Assembly: GCA_964010765.1 (NCBI GenBank)
Contig: CAXGMD010000030.1
Location: forward strand, 1-36,132
Source: an uncultured bacterium
Lineage (GTDB): Bacteria; SAR324; NAC60-12
Length of the DNA stretch: 36,132 bases
Reading direction: 5' to 3'
The notes under the pieces were generated by a model, which did no database searches, had not been told where the DNA came from, and was given only the letters and a program-made list of their open reading frames with translations. Shown here piece after piece: positions 17,008 to 26,672 of this stretch; positions within the stretch are counted from its first letter, which is position 1, and the number at the start of each line of letters is the position of its first letter. Made by a program: the position numbers and the translations under genes.

Positions 17008-18021
17008 ATGGCGGAAACGGTAATTCAAAATACTATTCAAATTCCGGATTTCGTTGGGTCAAATACGAATCTCTGTTCACCAAGACTTGGAACGGTTGCC
17101 TTGCGTTGCAGCGATGATAGCTTTGCGTCTCGGGAACGGATGTTGGCGGAGACAGATCCTGTTTTAAAACCAAATGTTTACGATAATTTCGGAAAATGGA
17201 TGGACGGTTGGGAAAGTAAACGTCGGCGGTATGGTGGTCATGACTGGTGTGTGATTCGTTTGGGAGTTCCAGGAGATTTGGTGGGCCTCGAGTTGGACAC
17301 AACCCACTTTACGGGTAATTATCCTCCAGCAGCTTCAGTTTGGGCTTCTAGAGAAGATGATGATCCTGGAGATGCGTCAGAGAGCTGGGAGGAGATTCTG
17401 GAGTCTGTCAGCCTGGGTCCCTCGAAACGACATTTTTTCAATTGCCAAAAGCCGGGACCCTGGCGTTGGTTGAGACTGAACATCTTTCCTGATGGTGGAA
17501 TCGCTCGCTTTAGAGCGTATGGAAACGTTCTGCCAGATTGGTCTAGTTTTGGGTCAGAGATTGAGCTCTCTGGTCTCAAAAATGGAGGAAGAATCGTAGC
17601 ATACAATGACGCTCATTATGGGAATGTGCAGGCTGTCTTAGATTCTGGAAGAGGCATCAACATGGGAGATGGTTGGGAAACTCGGCGGCGTCGTGAACCA
17701 GGATTTGATTGGTTATTGATTGCTTTGGGTGCTCCTGGAGAGGCAAATAAAATCGAAGTGGATACGTCTTTTTATAAAGGAAATTCACCTGCAAAATGTT
17801 CAGTTCAGGGGCAAAACGTTGAATGGGGAACTGATCAATCGCTGATTACCCAGTCCATGTTTTGGCCGGAATTGCTGACTCCTAAGGATCTAACCCCGGA
17901 TACAATCCATCATTTTGAATTGAAGGATCTCGAAAAAATAGGACCTGTCAGCCACGTCAAACTAAACATTTTTCCGGATGGTGGTATTTCTCGATTCCGG
18001 GTTTTTGGGAGTAAGCTGTGA
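17008..18021 (+). CDS. alc: Allantoicase
   Basis: Two internal repeats with GKWMDGWESKRRR / MGDGWETRRRR, DTTHFTGNYP / DTSFYKGNSP and LNIFPDGG twice. Confidence 0.96.
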   Translation: MAETVIQNTIQIPDFVGSNTNLCSPRLGTVALRCSDDSFASRERMLAETDPVLKPNVYDNFGKWMDGWESKRRRYGGHDWCVIRLGVPGDLVGLELDTTHFTGNYPPAASVWASREDDDPGDASESWEEILESVSLGPSKRHFFNCQKPGPWRWLRLNIFPDGGIARFRAYGNVLPDWSSFGSEIELSGLKNGGRIVAYNDAHYGNVQAVLDSGRGINMGDGWETRRRREPGFDWLLIALGAPGEANKIEVDTSFYKGNSPAKCSVQGQNVEWGTDQSLITQSMFWPELLTPKDLTPDTIHHFELKDLEKIGPVSHVKLNIFPDGGISRFRVFGSKL

Positions 18022-18503
18022 TTGAGGTTAAACCAGAACCATTGACGGAAGAAAGCTTTGCTCCATTCGGTCAGGTGATCGAACCGAACAATGCGAAATC
18101 CTTCATGATCAATGAAGGGACTACGGAAAGGCATCATGCTCTATCCAAGGTAGAGCTAGATGAAGGCACGGCAATCTTGTCAATTTTTAGAGGACGTTCT
18201 CGGCCCCGTCCGTTGGAACTGAAGCTAGTTGAAAGACACCCATTGGGATCCCAGGCCTTTGTCCCATTACAAGCAGAACCTTGGCTCGTCGTGGTCGCAA
18301 CTGAACCGAAGCCCGAAGCAGTAAGATGTTTTTTAGCTCAAGGGAATCAAGGGGTTCAATACTCAAAAGGTGTTTGGCACCATCCCTTACTTCCATTGGT
18401 TTCCAAGCAAGATTTCTTGATAGTTGATCGCGAAGGTCCAGGAAAAAATTTAGAGGAAGTCCACTGGGATCAAGGGGTACGCATCCTGATTTCAAACATT
18501 TGA
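18018..18503 (+). CDS. allA: Ureidoglycolate lyase
   Basis: LT.ESFAPFGQVI, INEG.TER.H, ERHPLGSQAF and GVWHHP. Confidence 0.94.
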   Translation: MIEVKPEPLTEESFAPFGQVIEPNNAKSFMINEGTTERHHALSKVELDEGTAILSIFRGRSRPRPLELKLVERHPLGSQAFVPLQAEPWLVVVATEPKPEAVRCFLAQGNQGVQYSKGVWHHPLLPLVSKQDFLIVDREGPGKNLEEVHWDQGVRILISNI

Positions 18504-18517
18504 TTTAGTATCCCTTT

Positions 18518-19114
18518 ATGAATCCACTTCCTAACCAAATTGAGTTGTATCTGCCTGAATGGATTCCAGATTTTTTGAAGGATCAACCAGATTTTTTCAA
18601 GAGCATCGAAGAACGAATGGAATTGGTGCTCAGTCTGACCGATCGACAAATCGAGGAGGGGACTGGAGGGCCATTTGGGGCTGCCGTTTTTGAACTAGAA
18701 TCAGGGAGATTGATCTCTGTTGGAGTCAATCGAGTCGTTGTAACAGGCTGTTCGACGGCGCACGCTGAGGTGATGGCTCTGAGCCTTGCACAGAAAGCAG
18801 TTGGCACCCATGATTTGGGGGCTAAGGAACTTCCAGAATTCCAAATTGTGGTCAATGCTCAGATGTGTGCAATGTGCTTGGGCGCTCTGATTTGGTCAGG
18901 AGTGAAAGAAGTTTGTTATGCAGTTACAAGTCAGGAGGTTGAACAAATAACCGGCTTTGACGAGGGTCCCTTGCCTAGCAACATTCAAGGGATTCTGAGG
19001 CAACGAGGTATTCGTTTGAAAGAGGGAATTATGGTGGAGGAGAGTAAACGCCTGCTTGAAAAATATGTGACCACGGGTGGATTAGTTTACAACGCAACCA
19101 GAACTCATAAGTGA
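18518..19114 (+). CDS. Cytidine-deaminase-fold nucleobase deaminase, probable guanine deaminase (NE0047 type)
   Basis: GGPFGAAVF, GVNRVV, AHAE, CAMC, IWSG, GFDEGP and C-terminal YNA. Purine catabolic context. Confidence 0.82.
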   Translation: MNPLPNQIELYLPEWIPDFLKDQPDFFKSIEERMELVLSLTDRQIEEGTGGPFGAAVFELESGRLISVGVNRVVVTGCSTAHAEVMALSLAQKAVGTHDLGAKELPEFQIVVNAQMCAMCLGALIWSGVKEVCYAVTSQEVEQITGFDEGPLPSNIQGILRQRGIRLKEGIMVEESKRLLEKYVTTGGLVYNATRTHK

Positions 19115-20637
19115 ACCCTGTTCTGGAACTTCAGAAAATCCATAAAGAATTTCCAGGAATTGTTGCAAACGATCAAATCGACCTTACTTTAAATCGTGGT
19201 GAAATACACACGATTCTCGGTGAAAATGGTGCTGGAAAATCAACGCTGATGAATATTATCAGCGGTCTTTACATTCCAGATTCCGGTTCCATGTTTCTTG
19301 AGGGAAAACCTCTCCACCTTAAAAATCCAGCCCAAGCCATCGCAAAGGGTGTGGGGATGGTGCATCAGCATTTTATGCTGATTCCAAATCACAGTGTCTC
19401 CGAAAATATTATTTTAGGGACTCCTCAAGCGTTTCGCTTACAGAAATCAAAAGTTAGACAACAGATTGAGGAATTGGGAAGACGTTATGGTCTGGAATTT
19501 AACCCAGATCTGCGCGTTCAAGACCTTTCAGTGGGGGAACAACAAAAAGTTGAAATCCTCAAGGTCCTGTTTAGGGGAGCCAAGATTTTGATCCTCGATG
19601 AACCCACTGCTGTATTGACTCCCCAAGAATCAGAGGCGCTTTACAAAATCCTTCGCCAAATGAAAAAGGATGGACAATCCATTCTTTTTATCTCACACAA
19701 GATGAGAGAGGTCATCGAACTCTCCGATCGAATCACGGTTCTGCGTCACGGGAAGGTTAAGGCTACTCGAAATAGAGGCGAGACCAGTCCTTCAGAATTA
19801 GCCCGTTTGATGATGGGAGAAAGCACAATTCAAACGGGTGAGGTCCAAACAAAAACTTCAAAAGCTTCATCAGATCAATCTCAAAATAAAACTATCGTCA
19901 GGTTGAAAAACGCTGGATTGCGTCATGAACTTGGTCATTGGTTGCTGCAAAATATCAATTTGGAAGTTCGTGCTGGACAAATTGTAGGCTTGGCTGGAGT
20001 CGCTGGAAGTGGACAGGCACCTCTTGCAGAAGTTCTTGTTGGCTTGAGAGGTTTGGATACTGGAGAATACCAGTTTGCTGGCGAGGAGCAAAAAGGTGCA
20101 TCGGTTTCAGAACTGATTCATAAAGGTGTGGGCTATATCCCAGAGGACCGAAAACGTTATGGTATTGCTCCTCATCTTGAAGTCGCAGAAAATTTTCTTT
20201 TGAGGGATTTGCACAACAACCGATTTCAAAGCAGAGGATGGTTACAGCGAGACAAGGTCACTGCTTTTGGCCGAGATCGAATGAGAGCTTTTGATGTCAG
20301 AGCAGCGTCTGAAAGAACTCCCATTGGCCAGCTATCTGGTGGAAATATGCAAAAAGTCATTTTGGCCCGAGAAACTTCCAGGCCTTTGAAATTTTTGCTG
20401 GCCGCCCAGCCTGTGCGAGGACTCGATATTCATGCGACCGCTTTTCTGCAGAATCAATTGCTTCAAGCGCGTGCGGATGGATTGGCTATTTTGCTTATTT
20501 CAGAGGATCTTGAAGAATTACTGTTAATGAGTGATTACCTCTATGTGATTAGCCGAGGGAGTATTGTGGGTGAAATGCCAAAAGAAGAAGCTGAGATTGA
20601 GAAAATTGGTCTGCTTATGACAGGCGAAAGGGCCTAA
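19111..20637 (+). CDS. Nucleoside/purine ABC transporter ATP-binding protein (double ATPase, CUT2 type)
   Basis: LGENGAGKSTL, GMVHQHFML, LDEPTAVL, IPEDR and LSGGNMQK. Confidence 0.94.
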   Translation: MNPVLELQKIHKEFPGIVANDQIDLTLNRGEIHTILGENGAGKSTLMNIISGLYIPDSGSMFLEGKPLHLKNPAQAIAKGVGMVHQHFMLIPNHSVSENIILGTPQAFRLQKSKVRQQIEELGRRYGLEFNPDLRVQDLSVGEQQKVEILKVLFRGAKILILDEPTAVLTPQESEALYKILRQMKKDGQSILFISHKMREVIELSDRITVLRHGKVKATRNRGETSPSELARLMMGESTIQTGEVQTKTSKASSDQSQNKTIVRLKNAGLRHELGHWLLQNINLEVRAGQIVGLAGVAGSGQAPLAEVLVGLRGLDTGEYQFAGEEQKGASVSELIHKGVGYIPEDRKRYGIAPHLEVAENFLLRDLHNNRFQSRGWLQRDKVTAFGRDRMRAFDVRAASERTPIGQLSGGNMQKVILARETSRPLKFLLAAQPVRGLDIHATAFLQNQLLQARADGLAILLISEDLEELLLMSDYLYVISRGSIVGEMPKEEAEIEKIGLLMTGERA

Positions 20638-20643
20638 TCGATC

Positions 20644-21705
20644 GTGTTTGAACTTGAACGTAGGCTGGAGACGCCATTGAGCGTTCAAGTTACAGTTACA
20701 GTTGGCTCAATTGTGCTTGCCTTGATATTGGGTAGCGTTCTGCTTGCGATGGTGGGGGTAAACCCCATGGAGGCCTATCCAAGTGTGGGTGCCCTAATGT
20801 TCTTTGATCAATGGGGTTGGCAGGATCTGTTTCTCAAAATGACCCCTTTACTCCTGACAGGATTGGGGGTCGCCATTGCGGCTCAACTGAATCTTTGGAA
20901 CATCGGAGCGGAGGGACAGCTTTACCTGGGAGCCATCGCCACTACTTGGCTAGCACTGGAGTTCAGCGAATCACTTGATGCCCATTTCATGTTGCCGATT
21001 CTTCTGATTGGGACATTCGTTGCTGGGGGCATGTGGGCTGCCATTCCAGCTGGGTTGCGATCATGGTTTGGGGTGAATGAAATCATCACAACCTTGTTAT
21101 TAAATTATGTAGCCATCAGCCTTGCTGATTATCTTTTATACGGAGCATGGCGAGATCCGAGTACCTTGAATTTCCCAATGACTCGGTCTTTTGGGGAGTC
21201 TTCCTACTTACCAATGATTGGTTCCACAACGGTTCATTGGGGTTTGCCTCTTGGAATTCTTCTCGCAGTTTTGACATGGATCTTACTCAGGTCGACCACA
21301 ATTGGCTTCCAAATCAGGGTGGCTGGAGACAATCTTTCGGCAGCAGATTATTCTGGTTTCAATACAAAGAATCTTTTGTTCATTGTCCTTGTTTTAAGTG
21401 GAGCCGTTGCAGCTCTTGCGGGTATGACTGAGGTAGCAGGAATTCACCATAGGTTGCAGCAGAATTTCTCTATCAATTATGGCTACACAGGCATAATTGT
21501 CTCCCGTCTGGCGAGAAATCATCCAATCGGAGTCATTGGAACTGCATTTCTGCTAGCAGTAATCTTTGTTGGAGGAGAGTTACTTCAAGTTGAATATCAA
21601 CTCCCGATTGCGGTGGTCTATCTTTTTGAGGGGTTATTACTCTTCACCGTGATTGGTTCAGAACTTTTTTTGAGCTATCGACTTCGTAGAAGAGTTGCCT
21701 TGTGA
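20644..21705 (+). CDS. Nucleoside/purine ABC transporter permease 1
   Basis: WNIGAEGQ, VNEIITTLLLNY and YGYTGI motifs; polytopic membrane protein. Confidence 0.92.
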   Translation: MFELERRLETPLSVQVTVTVGSIVLALILGSVLLAMVGVNPMEAYPSVGALMFFDQWGWQDLFLKMTPLLLTGLGVAIAAQLNLWNIGAEGQLYLGAIATTWLALEFSESLDAHFMLPILLIGTFVAGGMWAAIPAGLRSWFGVNEIITTLLLNYVAISLADYLLYGAWRDPSTLNFPMTRSFGESSYLPMIGSTTVHWGLPLGILLAVLTWILLRSTTIGFQIRVAGDNLSAADYSGFNTKNLLFIVLVLSGAVAALAGMTEVAGIHHRLQQNFSINYGYTGIIVSRLARNHPIGVIGTAFLLAVIFVGGELLQVEYQLPIAVVYLFEGLLLFTVIGSELFLSYRLRRRVAL

Positions 21706-22640
21706 CAACTCCAGAGATATTGACCATTATTCTGACCACAGCAGTTACCATGGGAACCCCTTTGTTATTTGCAACATTGGGTGGTGTACTTAGTGAGAGA
21801 GCAGGAGTAATCCACCTTGGCATGGAAGGCATAATGCTTGTTAGTGCCTTGGTTACTTTTGTAGTGGATCTTCAGACAGGTTCCAAAGTCTTAGCTCTGA
21901 TAGGAGCGATGATGGCCGCTGGAGCACTATCGGGTCTTCATGGTTTTGTCTGCATCAGCCTTCGAGGGAATCAAATAGCTTCCGGATTGGCTTTAGCCCT
22001 TTTTGGAACGGGCCTAAGTGGACTTTTTGGAGATGCTCTGATTGGAAGTACAGTCACTTCATTAGATAGAATTCCGATTCCAGGATTGGAATTGATACCA
22101 ATATTGGGAAGTGCCTTCTTTAATCAGGATTGGATGGTCTACCTGTCTTATGTTTTGGTAGCTGGATTGTGGTTTATGCTTTTTCACACAAACTGGGGAC
22201 TGCAGATTCGCTCTGTTGGTGAAGCTCCGATCGTATGTGATGCACTCGGCTTATCAGTAGCAAAGATCCGCTTCCTATGTGTGATTTTTGGCGGGATGCT
22301 GATTGGTCTTGGTGGGGCTTATTTTCCGATGGTGCTTACTTCGTTTTGGGTAGATGATCTTACGGCTGGTCGTGGTTGGATTGCAGTGGCATTAGTCATC
22401 TTTGCATTCTGGCATCCAGGTAAGGCCTTGTGGGGAGCTTACCTTTTTGGGGCTGCAATTGCTTTCCAACTTCAAGCCCAGGTCATGGGTTTGAAGATTC
22501 CATCGTATATATTGGAAATGTTCCCTTATTTGTTGACCATCGTTGTGTTGACGGTGGTCACAGTGCGCAATCGCCGGGCGGGGCAGACTTTTATGCCAGC
22601 AGCACTGGGATTGCCATTCTTTCGTGGCGACAAGCACTAG
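21702..22640 (+). CDS. Nucleoside/purine ABC transporter permease 2
   Basis: TPLLFATLG, ERAGVIHLGMEG, NQIASG, AGRGWIAVALV and FPYLLT motifs. Confidence 0.92.
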   Translation: MTTPEILTIILTTAVTMGTPLLFATLGGVLSERAGVIHLGMEGIMLVSALVTFVVDLQTGSKVLALIGAMMAAGALSGLHGFVCISLRGNQIASGLALALFGTGLSGLFGDALIGSTVTSLDRIPIPGLELIPILGSAFFNQDWMVYLSYVLVAGLWFMLFHTNWGLQIRSVGEAPIVCDALGLSVAKIRFLCVIFGGMLIGLGGAYFPMVLTSFWVDDLTAGRGWIAVALVIFAFWHPGKALWGAYLFGAAIAFQLQAQVMGLKIPSYILEMFPYLLTIVVLTVVTVRNRRAGQTFMPAALGLPFFRGDKH

Positions 22641-22678
22641 CTTTCGTCATCCAACATTGTGCAATGGAGAAGTGCCTC

Positions 22679-23734
22679 ATGATCAAGTATTTACTGACCA
22701 TATTGGTTGCCCTCATGATATGGGTTCCGAATTTTGCCTCTGCGGCTGATCCCAAAGTGGCTTTCATCTATGTTGGACCTGTAGGAGATGGAGGCTGGAC
22801 TTACGCACACGATTTGGGTCGTCGGCATCTGGAGAAAATGGGTGTAGAAACCACCTATGTCGAAAGCGTTCCAGAAACAGATTCCGAACGTGTATTGAGA
22901 AACCTAGCTCGTCGGGGATACGATATTATCTTCACTACGAGTTTTGGTTATATGGATCCTACCCTGAATGTTGCCAAGCAATTCCCCGACACAATTTTCA
23001 TGCATGCCAGTGGATTTAGGACCCATGATAATATGGGTAACTACTTTGCTCGCATGTACCAAGCAAGGTATCTAGTAGGGATGGTTGCAGGAATGATGAC
23101 TAAGAGTGACAAGATTGGGATCATCGGTTCTCATCCCATTCCGGAAATCATTCGGCATATCAATGCATTCACCTTGGGGGTTCGGTCAGTAAATCCAAAA
23201 GCTACTACTCAGGTAATCTGGGTGAACTCTTGGTTTGATCCCGCCAAAGAGGGGGCAGCTGCAAATAGCTTGATGGACAACGGAGCTGATATCGTCACCA
23301 TCACTACAGATTCAGCTGCAGCGACACAGACAGCTGCAAAGAGAGGTCTTTATTCAATTGGCAATGATTCCGATATGACTCTTTATGGCCCAGAAGCTCA
23401 CTTAACAGCCAATATCTTCAATTGGGGAATTTATTACGAGCACATTTATAACCAAGTAAAAAATGGGACTTGGAAGCCCTCCAGCGATTGGTGGGGAATT
23501 GAGACAGGAGCTGTCGACTTGGCACCATTTGGGAAAATGGTCCCAAAGAACGTTCAAGATATGGTTATGGCCAAGAAAGCTGAGATTGTCAGTGGTGAGT
23601 TTGTTGTCTTTAAAGGACCTATCAAAGGACAGGACGGCTCCACAGCAATTGCGGCAGGTGCATTTCCATCGGATCAAGACCTACTCAGCATGATGTATTA
23701 TGTTGAAGGGGTGGTGGGAGATATCCCTCAATAA
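22679..23734 (+). CDS. BMP-family periplasmic purine/nucleoside-binding protein
   Basis: VAFIYVGPVGDGGWTYAHDLG, TSFGYMD, INAF.LG, WFDP and FNWG. Real start likely ATG 22679 (GGAG RBS, signal peptide ASA-A); the track start at 22430 overlaps the permease. Confidence 0.93.
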   Translation: MIKYLLTILVALMIWVPNFASAADPKVAFIYVGPVGDGGWTYAHDLGRRHLEKMGVETTYVESVPETDSERVLRNLARRGYDIIFTTSFGYMDPTLNVAKQFPDTIFMHASGFRTHDNMGNYFARMYQARYLVGMVAGMMTKSDKIGIIGSHPIPEIIRHINAFTLGVRSVNPKATTQVIWVNSWFDPAKEGAAANSLMDNGADIVTITTDSAAATQTAAKRGLYSIGNDSDMTLYGPEAHLTANIFNWGIYYEHIYNQVKNGTWKPSSDWWGIETGAVDLAPFGKMVPKNVQDMVMAKKAEIVSGEFVVFKGPIKGQDGSTAIAAGAFPSDQDLLSMMYYVEGVVGDIPQ

Positions 23735-23742
23735 TGAGACGA

Positions 23743-24618
23743 TCAGATTCTGTTTTTGAGGAAAAAGCGAATCGCCTGGGCTACAGGCTTTGGATTGTCT
23801 AGGTGAAGATGATGTCCTCCATGGAGGAGGACATCCTGCAAATCAGGTACGTACTCGCAGCGTGCCCGCATTCTCTGCTGCCAGTCAGGATTTTCTTGGA
23901 AGTAAAAGTCCCCATGAATCATAAGGGTGGGGCAGCGAATTTGCTTCAAAAACTCAATGATCTGCTCCTCTGAAAAATAAGTTCTAGAGCCTACACGGAG
24001 TCTAGAATCTGACGCCCAAGTCACGCCATTTTCTACCATCCTGACACCACGTTGAACCAGAGTCCTCACGGAGTCTAACTTCATCCCACCAACCTTGTAA
24101 CGAGCCTGAACTGCAGCCTCCAAATCTGGATACAAAGGCATGCTCTTCCGTTCTACACTTTTCATACCTTCTATTGAGAGTCTGAGGGCCCTTGGACCAA
24201 AGCTATCGCGCCTTGAGAAAGGTCCCAATCCCTCAATCAAAATCATGTTTTGAACTCTTTCAGGAATCACCCCAGCCATCAAAGCTGCCACTGCCGCACC
24301 CATGCTGTGTCCAATTAAATTGAACTTTTCCCAACCAAGTTGATCTGCAACACGGAACATCAAATCAACCGAATCTGCAAAATGATAAGCGATGCCAGGA
24401 GGTAGGTGATCTGAAAAACCATGACCGTGAAAATCCAGTGATACTAGTCGCAGTTCCGGTAGAAGGGGGGCAATGTGATCATAGGTGGCGGCATTGTCCA
24501 GCCATCCATGCATTCCTAGGAATGGGATTCCATTCTCTGGACCCCAGCAGCGTGCTGCAAATCGTAAATGTGGAAGCCGAATATCAATTTCGCGAAAGGG
24601 AGTCTTACTGGTGACCAA
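23743..24618 (-). CDS. Alpha/beta-fold serine hydrolase
   Basis: HGWLDNA, LDFHGHGFS, nucleophile elbow GHSMG and GGHHLH. Confidence 0.9.
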   Translation of the reverse strand: MVTSKTPFREIDIRLPHLRFAARCWGPENGIPFLGMHGWLDNAATYDHIAPLLPELRLVSLDFHGHGFSDHLPPGIAYHFADSVDLMFRVADQLGWEKFNLIGHSMGAAVAALMAGVIPERVQNMILIEGLGPFSRRDSFGPRALRLSIEGMKSVERKSMPLYPDLEAAVQARYKVGGMKLDSVRTLVQRGVRMVENGVTWASDSRLRVGSRTYFSEEQIIEFLKQIRCPTLMIHGDFYFQENPDWQQRMRARCEYVPDLQDVLLHGGHHLHLDNPKPVAQAIRFFLKNRI

Positions 24619-24628
24619 GGGCCTTAGC

Positions 24629-25414
24629 TCAGATTTCAGAAAGGAAGTATTTTAGCGTCTTCATCAGCGCTTCAGGTTGGTCAACATGAAGCCAATGACC
24701 ACAATTTTTTAGCCGCACTAATCGATGTGTTGGAAACCAACTTTGCAAAATAGGTTGATGTTCGGTTTGGATGTAATTTGAATTGCTTCCAGCGATAAAT
24801 AAACAATTACCCTCAAAAGGTAGCATCTTCGGATCAATCGGAAAATCCATTAAATCACTCAAATTTTTTTCGAGCGCTTTCAAATTGATCTTCCAACTCG
24901 CTTGGTTAGATCGGATTTCAAGATTAGTCAGTAAAAATGTCCTAATTGTGCTCTCTGGAATAGACATGCTCAGTAAATCATCTATTTCAGTCCGAGTCAG
25001 TCCCTGATTCAGTGGAATATGATTCAGTGCTTGAAGATAGCTTCGGTGACCCTCTCCATGTTTATAGACTACAGGTGAGATATCTCCAACTATCAGATTT
25101 TTTATTTTTTTATGATGTCTCAGTGCCAACTGCATTGCGGTCTTGCCTCCCATAGAGTGTCCAAGTATAGAAACCCTACCCGCAGTTTTTTGTTCCAGAA
25201 ACACTAGGACGTCTTCCAGCATCACAACATAATCCATTTCCTCAGAATGGGGGGATTTCCCATGATTCCTCAAATCTACAAGAGAAATTCGGAAATCTTC
25301 TGAAAGCTTTTTAGCAAAGCTCCTCCAGTTGTTACCTGATCCGAAAAGACCATGAAGTATTACTAGATCTGGCCCTTCCCCAAATTGTTCGTGATGAAGT
25401 TCTAGCACAGCCAC
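24629..25414 (-). CDS. ybfF: YbfF/ABHD11-like esterase
   Basis: LHGLFGS..NW, DLRNHGKS, GHSMGGK, DISP, FLLTNL and GHWLH. Confidence 0.85.
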   Translation of the reverse strand: MAVLELHHEQFGEGPDLVILHGLFGSGNNWRSFAKKLSEDFRISLVDLRNHGKSPHSEEMDYVVMLEDVLVFLEQKTAGRVSILGHSMGGKTAMQLALRHHKKIKNLIVGDISPVVYKHGEGHRSYLQALNHIPLNQGLTRTEIDDLLSMSIPESTIRTFLLTNLEIRSNQASWKINLKALEKNLSDLMDFPIDPKMLPFEGNCLFIAGSNSNYIQTEHQPILQSWFPTHRLVRLKNCGHWLHVDQPEALMKTLKYFLSEI

Positions 25415-25417
25415 TGC

Positions 25418-25711
25418 TTAAGCCAATGATTCGATCAAGTTAAGTACTAGTTCTTTGTTTGGTTGCCTGATGAGAAAGTGGTTCGCACGAGATTTTGCTG
25501 CACTTTTCAGTTCTATATTTTATTTTGGCACCTGGAAAAATTTAGTGAAGAATTTGTAGCAGGCTTGGTTTGCTGCATTGTTGTGCGGTGGGGCATTGAC
25601 TTTCACTTTGATTCGATCTCCATGTGTTCCTGCCCATTCTGTTAACTTAGAATTCGGTTGCACGTGGACAAAAAGATGAAGATCAACCATGTCAAATTGA
25701 TACCAAGTCAA
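25418..25711 (-). pseudogene. yggU: YggU/DUF167 family gene interrupted by an in-frame TAA (or a sequencing error)
   Basis: HVQP, IKVKVNAPP...AN motifs. Stop TAA at 25522-25520, after which the frame continues NIELKSAAKSRANHFLIRQPNKELVLNLIESLA to TAA at 25420-25418 (97 codons in total). Confidence 0.75.
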
Positions 25712-25712
25712 C

Positions 25713-26672
25713 TCAGTAATTTTTTTTGAGATCCATTCCTTTGTACAAGCTAGCTACTTCTTCTGCATAGCCGTTGAAGGGCTGGGTAGGAATCTTTTGA
25801 AAAAACCAACTCCCGATAGGTCGCTCCTTAGCTTGGGACCAGCGTGGATGATCAACCTCAGGATTGACATTTGCGTAAAAACCATACTCTTGCGGGGCTA
25901 ATTCATTCCATAGACTATTCGGTTGCTGATCTGTGAATTCAATTTTTTGGATCGATTTGATGCTCTTGAATCCATACTTCCATGGGACCATCAATCGAAC
26001 TGGGGCTCCATTTTGATTGGGAAGTGCTCTACCGAAAACACCAGTTACCATCAGGGTTAGTTCGTGTACAGCCTCATCCATTCTTAGTCCCTCTGTGTAA
26101 GGCCAAGGGTAGGTGCGATTTTTCATTCCTGGAGCTTCTTCGGGATCATCAAATGATATAAATTTAACGAACTTTGCAGAGGACAGTGGTTGTGCTTTTT
26201 CAATTAGCTTTTTCAGGGCGAATCCATCCCATGGAACAACCATAGACCATGCTTCTACGCAGCGAAATCGGTAAACTCGCTGTTCAATTCCAAACTCATT
26301 GATCAGTTCATTGACGTCAAGTGTCAATGGTTTCTGCACCATTCCTGAAATTTCAATGCTCCACGGTTCGGTCTTCCAGTGTTTGGCTTTGTCCTTCACA
26401 TCTTCCTTATCAAAGCTGAACTCGTAAAAATTGTTATATCCAGTCACATACTTCTCTTCTGTGATTTTTTCAGCTTCAATGAGATTGTACTTTGGATTTC
26501 TCTGAGTTGGAAAACCTGCTGTTGCAGCAGACAACGGGGATTGATGAAGAAGCAAGGATGTACCGAGCAACCCTGCACTTTTCAGGAAAGTTCTCCTATT
26601 CCAGAAATCGGCTTCGTCGATTGTAAGTGATTCTGGAATCTCCCAAGATTTGCTTGTACGTATTAGTGTCAT
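25713..26672 (-). CDS. msrP: Periplasmic protein-methionine-sulfoxide reductase, catalytic subunit
   Basis: Tat motif NRRTFLK, YNNFYEF, RFRCVEAWSM, PWPYTEGLRMDEA, QNGAPVRL.VPWKYGFKS and NVNPEVDHPRWSQ. Start ATG 26672, or TTG 26684. Confidence 0.96.
   Translation of the reverse strand: MTLIRTSKSWEIPESLTIDEADFWNRRTFLKSAGLLGTSLLLHQSPLSAATAGFPTQRNPKYNLIEAEKITEEKYVTGYNNFYEFSFDKEDVKDKAKHWKTEPWSIEISGMVQKPLTLDVNELINEFGIEQRVYRFRCVEAWSMVVPWDGFALKKLIEKAQPLSSAKFVKFISFDDPEEAPGMKNRTYPWPYTEGLRMDEAVHELTLMVTGVFGRALPNQNGAPVRLMVPWKYGFKSIKSIQKIEFTDQQPNSLWNELAPQEYGFYANVNPEVDHPRWSQAKERPIGSWFFQKIPTQPFNGYAEEVASLYKGMDLKKNY

Noticed and set aside
22430..22678. Long N-terminal extension of the BMP protein in the ORF track
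   Set aside because: It overlaps the permease gene. The RBS and signal peptide point to ATG 22679.
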